A DNA stretch of 61,790 bases, filler included. It is 6 parts of 6 records of this genome, joined end to end, with 100 filler letters (N's around TTAATTAATTAA, not from the genome) between each part and the next. Parts side by side here need not be neighbours in the genome. Positions count along the whole stretch, not along the records: positions 57,906 to 61,790 come from SRR20825010_5763; 5 more parts are not named here. One strand, given 5' to 3'. The notes under the pieces were generated by a model. The model did not search any database and had not been told where the DNA came from. It saw only the letters and a program-made list of their open reading frames with translations. A program made the translations under genes and the position numbers. Positions 59,894-61,790 of the stretch are shown piece by piece. Numbering within the stretch: position 1 is the first letter of the stretch; every line of letters begins with the position of its first letter.

Positions 59894-61192
59894 ATGAAAA
59901 AAATATTTTTAATCATAGCAATTGTTTTTGGGGTTTCATTGAACGCACAGCAGACCCCTGCCCCGCCTCAATCCGAACAAATTGCCATTATTGGTGCCAC
60001 AGCCCATATTGGCAATGGAGAGGTGATAGAGAACTGTACCATCATTTTTAAGGATGGAAAAATTACCGCTATCGGTTCAGGTTTGATGGCCCCGACCATT
60101 GGGACCATGATCAATGCCGAAGGCAAACACGTGTATCCAGGTTTCATCGCACCATCCAAATCACTTGGTTTGGTAGAGGTCGATGCCGTTAGGGCCAGTG
60201 ACGACCAAGACGAAATCGGAGAAATGATTCCACATGTACGCAGTTTAATCGCATACAATGCAGAATCCAAAGTTGTTGAAAGTATGCGCCCCAACGGCGT
60301 ACTTATCGGACAGGTAACCCCTGTTGGAGGCACCATTTCCGGAACTTCAAGTATTGTTCAGTTCGATGCTTGGAACTGGGAAGACGCAGCAGTCAAAACA
60401 GATGATGGCATCCACATGAACTGGCCTAACTTTTTTAGAAGAGGCCGTTGGTGGGCTGGTGAAGAAAGAGGTTTCATTCCAAACAAAGAGTATGGCAAAG
60501 AAATGGCCGACATTGAAATGTTCTTCCAAAATTCCATTGCCTACGGAAAAGCCAGTGAGGATGAAAAGAACTTGCCATTTGCCGCTATGCAGGGCTTGTT
60601 CGATGGTTCCCAGCGTCTCTACATCCATGCAGATGGTGAAAAAGAAATGACCGATGCCGTGACAATGGCCAAGGAAATGGGTGTTAAAAACGTAGTGATT
60701 GTGGGTGGATATAGAGCCAATAAAATTGTAGACCTTCTGAAAGAACATAATATTCCTGTTTTGGTCGAGCGCACACATGCATTGCCAAGTTTTGAAGACG
60801 ATGATTACGATATCACCTATAAATTGCCAAAATTATTGGTAGATGCCGGCCTTTTGGTTGGGTTGCAAAATGAAGATGCCGCCAATTTCCAAGTGAGGAA
60901 CCTTGCCTTTTATGCGGGACAAACCGTAGCCCAAGGATTGGATAAAGAGACCGCCCTTCAATTGATAACCGGAAATACGGCCAAAATTCTTGGAATTGAT
61001 GATATGTACGGAACCTTGGAAGAAGGTAAAAGCGCAACACTGTTCATCTCCGAAGGTGACGCCTTGGACATGAGGACCAACAAACTTACCAAAGCCTACA
61101 TCGATGGCAGGGACGTTTCATTGGAAACCCACCAGACCGAACTTTGGAAACGGTATATGGGCAAATACGAAAGAGAAAAGGAAGGACAATAG
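59894..61192 (+). CDS. Exported amidohydrolase-fold protein (metal ligands degenerate)
   Basis: Signal peptide; GKHVYPGFI, LGLVEV, TAKILGI and GTLEEGKSATL; no HxH motif. Confidence 0.82.
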   Translation: MKKIFLIIAIVFGVSLNAQQTPAPPQSEQIAIIGATAHIGNGEVIENCTIIFKDGKITAIGSGLMAPTIGTMINAEGKHVYPGFIAPSKSLGLVEVDAVRASDDQDEIGEMIPHVRSLIAYNAESKVVESMRPNGVLIGQVTPVGGTISGTSSIVQFDAWNWEDAAVKTDDGIHMNWPNFFRRGRWWAGEERGFIPNKEYGKEMADIEMFFQNSIAYGKASEDEKNLPFAAMQGLFDGSQRLYIHADGEKEMTDAVTMAKEMGVKNVVIVGGYRANKIVDLLKEHNIPVLVERTHALPSFEDDDYDITYKLPKLLVDAGLLVGLQNEDAANFQVRNLAFYAGQTVAQGLDKETALQLITGNTAKILGIDDMYGTLEEGKSATLFISEGDALDMRTNKLTKAYIDGRDVSLETHQTELWKRYMGKYEREKEGQ

Positions 61193-61204
61193 ATTTTTCC
61201 AAAT

Positions 61205-61234
61205 AAAAAAAGGCGCTCAATTGAGCGCCTTTTT
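61205..61234. terminator. Bidirectional rho-independent terminator
   Basis: aaaaaaaggcgctcaattgagcgcctttttt, a perfect palindrome between convergent genes. Confidence 0.88.
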
Positions 61235-61246
61235 TGTTTTTGTGAA

Positions 61247-61789
61247 TTAATTCATCTTAATGGGAACGTACTCTCCATTTTCTGGTTTTTCGTAAAACGC
61301 ACTCGGTTTGGCATCCTCACTCAGCATAACTTCTTCAAAATTGACCGTGCTTGCCGGTTCCATAATCGTTCTGCCTTCATACTTATGCCATGTAATCGAT
61401 TTTGGCAGCACCAGTCCATTCACTTCTTGCCAGTTATCGTAGTGAATCCATTTTACATTATCCGAACTTTCCCCAGAACGATAGGTCACGGTATAACCCA
61501 ACCAAGCCATCTGGTGGCTCTCTGGATCATAATAAATAAAATATTCATCTTTGGATGAAGCGCCAACACCCGACTCATAGGCTATTTGAAGACCAGGATA
61601 CTTTTTGCCATCATATTCTAAATCTTCGGTAGCAGAATATAGGATACCTTCGTCTGCCAACACAAAGGGCATGGCATAAAAGTAAAACATCAAATTATGA
61701 TAAAAGCCTGCATCGCCTTCATAGTTCCCACTTTCATTCAAGAGCCAAGCTTGTTCTCCGTCAAAACCCATCGAAAATTGTTCCGTGTC
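61247..61789 (-). CDS. Conserved Bacteroidota protein (DUF6503-like), 5' truncated
   Basis: FYHNLMFYFYAMPFVLADEG, GVGASSKDEY and WLGYTVTY. Confidence 0.65.
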   Translation of the reverse strand, partial: DTEQFSMGFDGEQAWLLNESGNYEGDAGFYHNLMFYFYAMPFVLADEGILYSATEDLEYDGKKYPGLQIAYESGVGASSKDEYFIYYDPESHQMAWLGYTVTYRSGESSDNVKWIHYDNWQEVNGLVLPKSITWHKYEGRTIMEPASTVNFEEVMLSEDAKPSAFYEKPENGEYVPIKMN

Positions 61790-61790
61790 A

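Overview
This window is not one genome. It is six unrelated contigs joined by artificial 100-bp spacers (N-run, TTAATTAATTAA, N-run) at 19807-19906, 23510-23609, 36521-36620, 53187-53286 and 57806-57905. Taxonomy below is inferred from composition and gene content only. Contig 1 (1-19806, GC-rich alphaproteobacterium-like): pcaH/pcaC with a GntR regulator, a PAS protein, an unusual four-gene operon (dCache-HAMP adenylate cyclase, HemK2-like methyltransferase, SBP-permease fusion, permease; both permeases lack the EAA coupling loop and there is no ATPase), lysR/azoR, and a LysR-controlled polyamine-type ABC and catabolic cluster with an N-carbamoylase. Contig 2 (19907-23509, very GC-rich, planctomycete-like): GH13, lamin-tail protein, orphan nuoE, FUN14 protein. 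Contig 3 (23610-36520, alphaproteobacterium-like): a mosaic surface-glycan cassette (radical SAM, cysteine-poor NifU-like protein, DegT aminotransferase, cytidylyltransferase-PfkB, FAAL-ACP-SGNH fusion, TIGR04372-like and ArnT-like glycosyltransferases), then methylmalonyl-CoA mutase. Contig 4 (36621-53186): an oxidative D-apiose/D-apionate pathway with a RuBisCO-like protein, plus a second sugar ABC locus. Contig 5 (53287-57805, planctomycete-like): ToxA-like methyltransferase, marR-tauE, CbbX/SpoVK-type AAA+ ATPase. Contig 6 (57906-61790, Flavobacteriaceae-like): an amidohydrolase pair. The best candidates for undescribed systems are the ATPase-less transporter-cyclase module (2771-7891) and the glycan cassette with the FAAL-ACP-SGNH fusion and degenerate NifU (23610-33814). 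All family calls come from motif recognition by eye; no searches were run.
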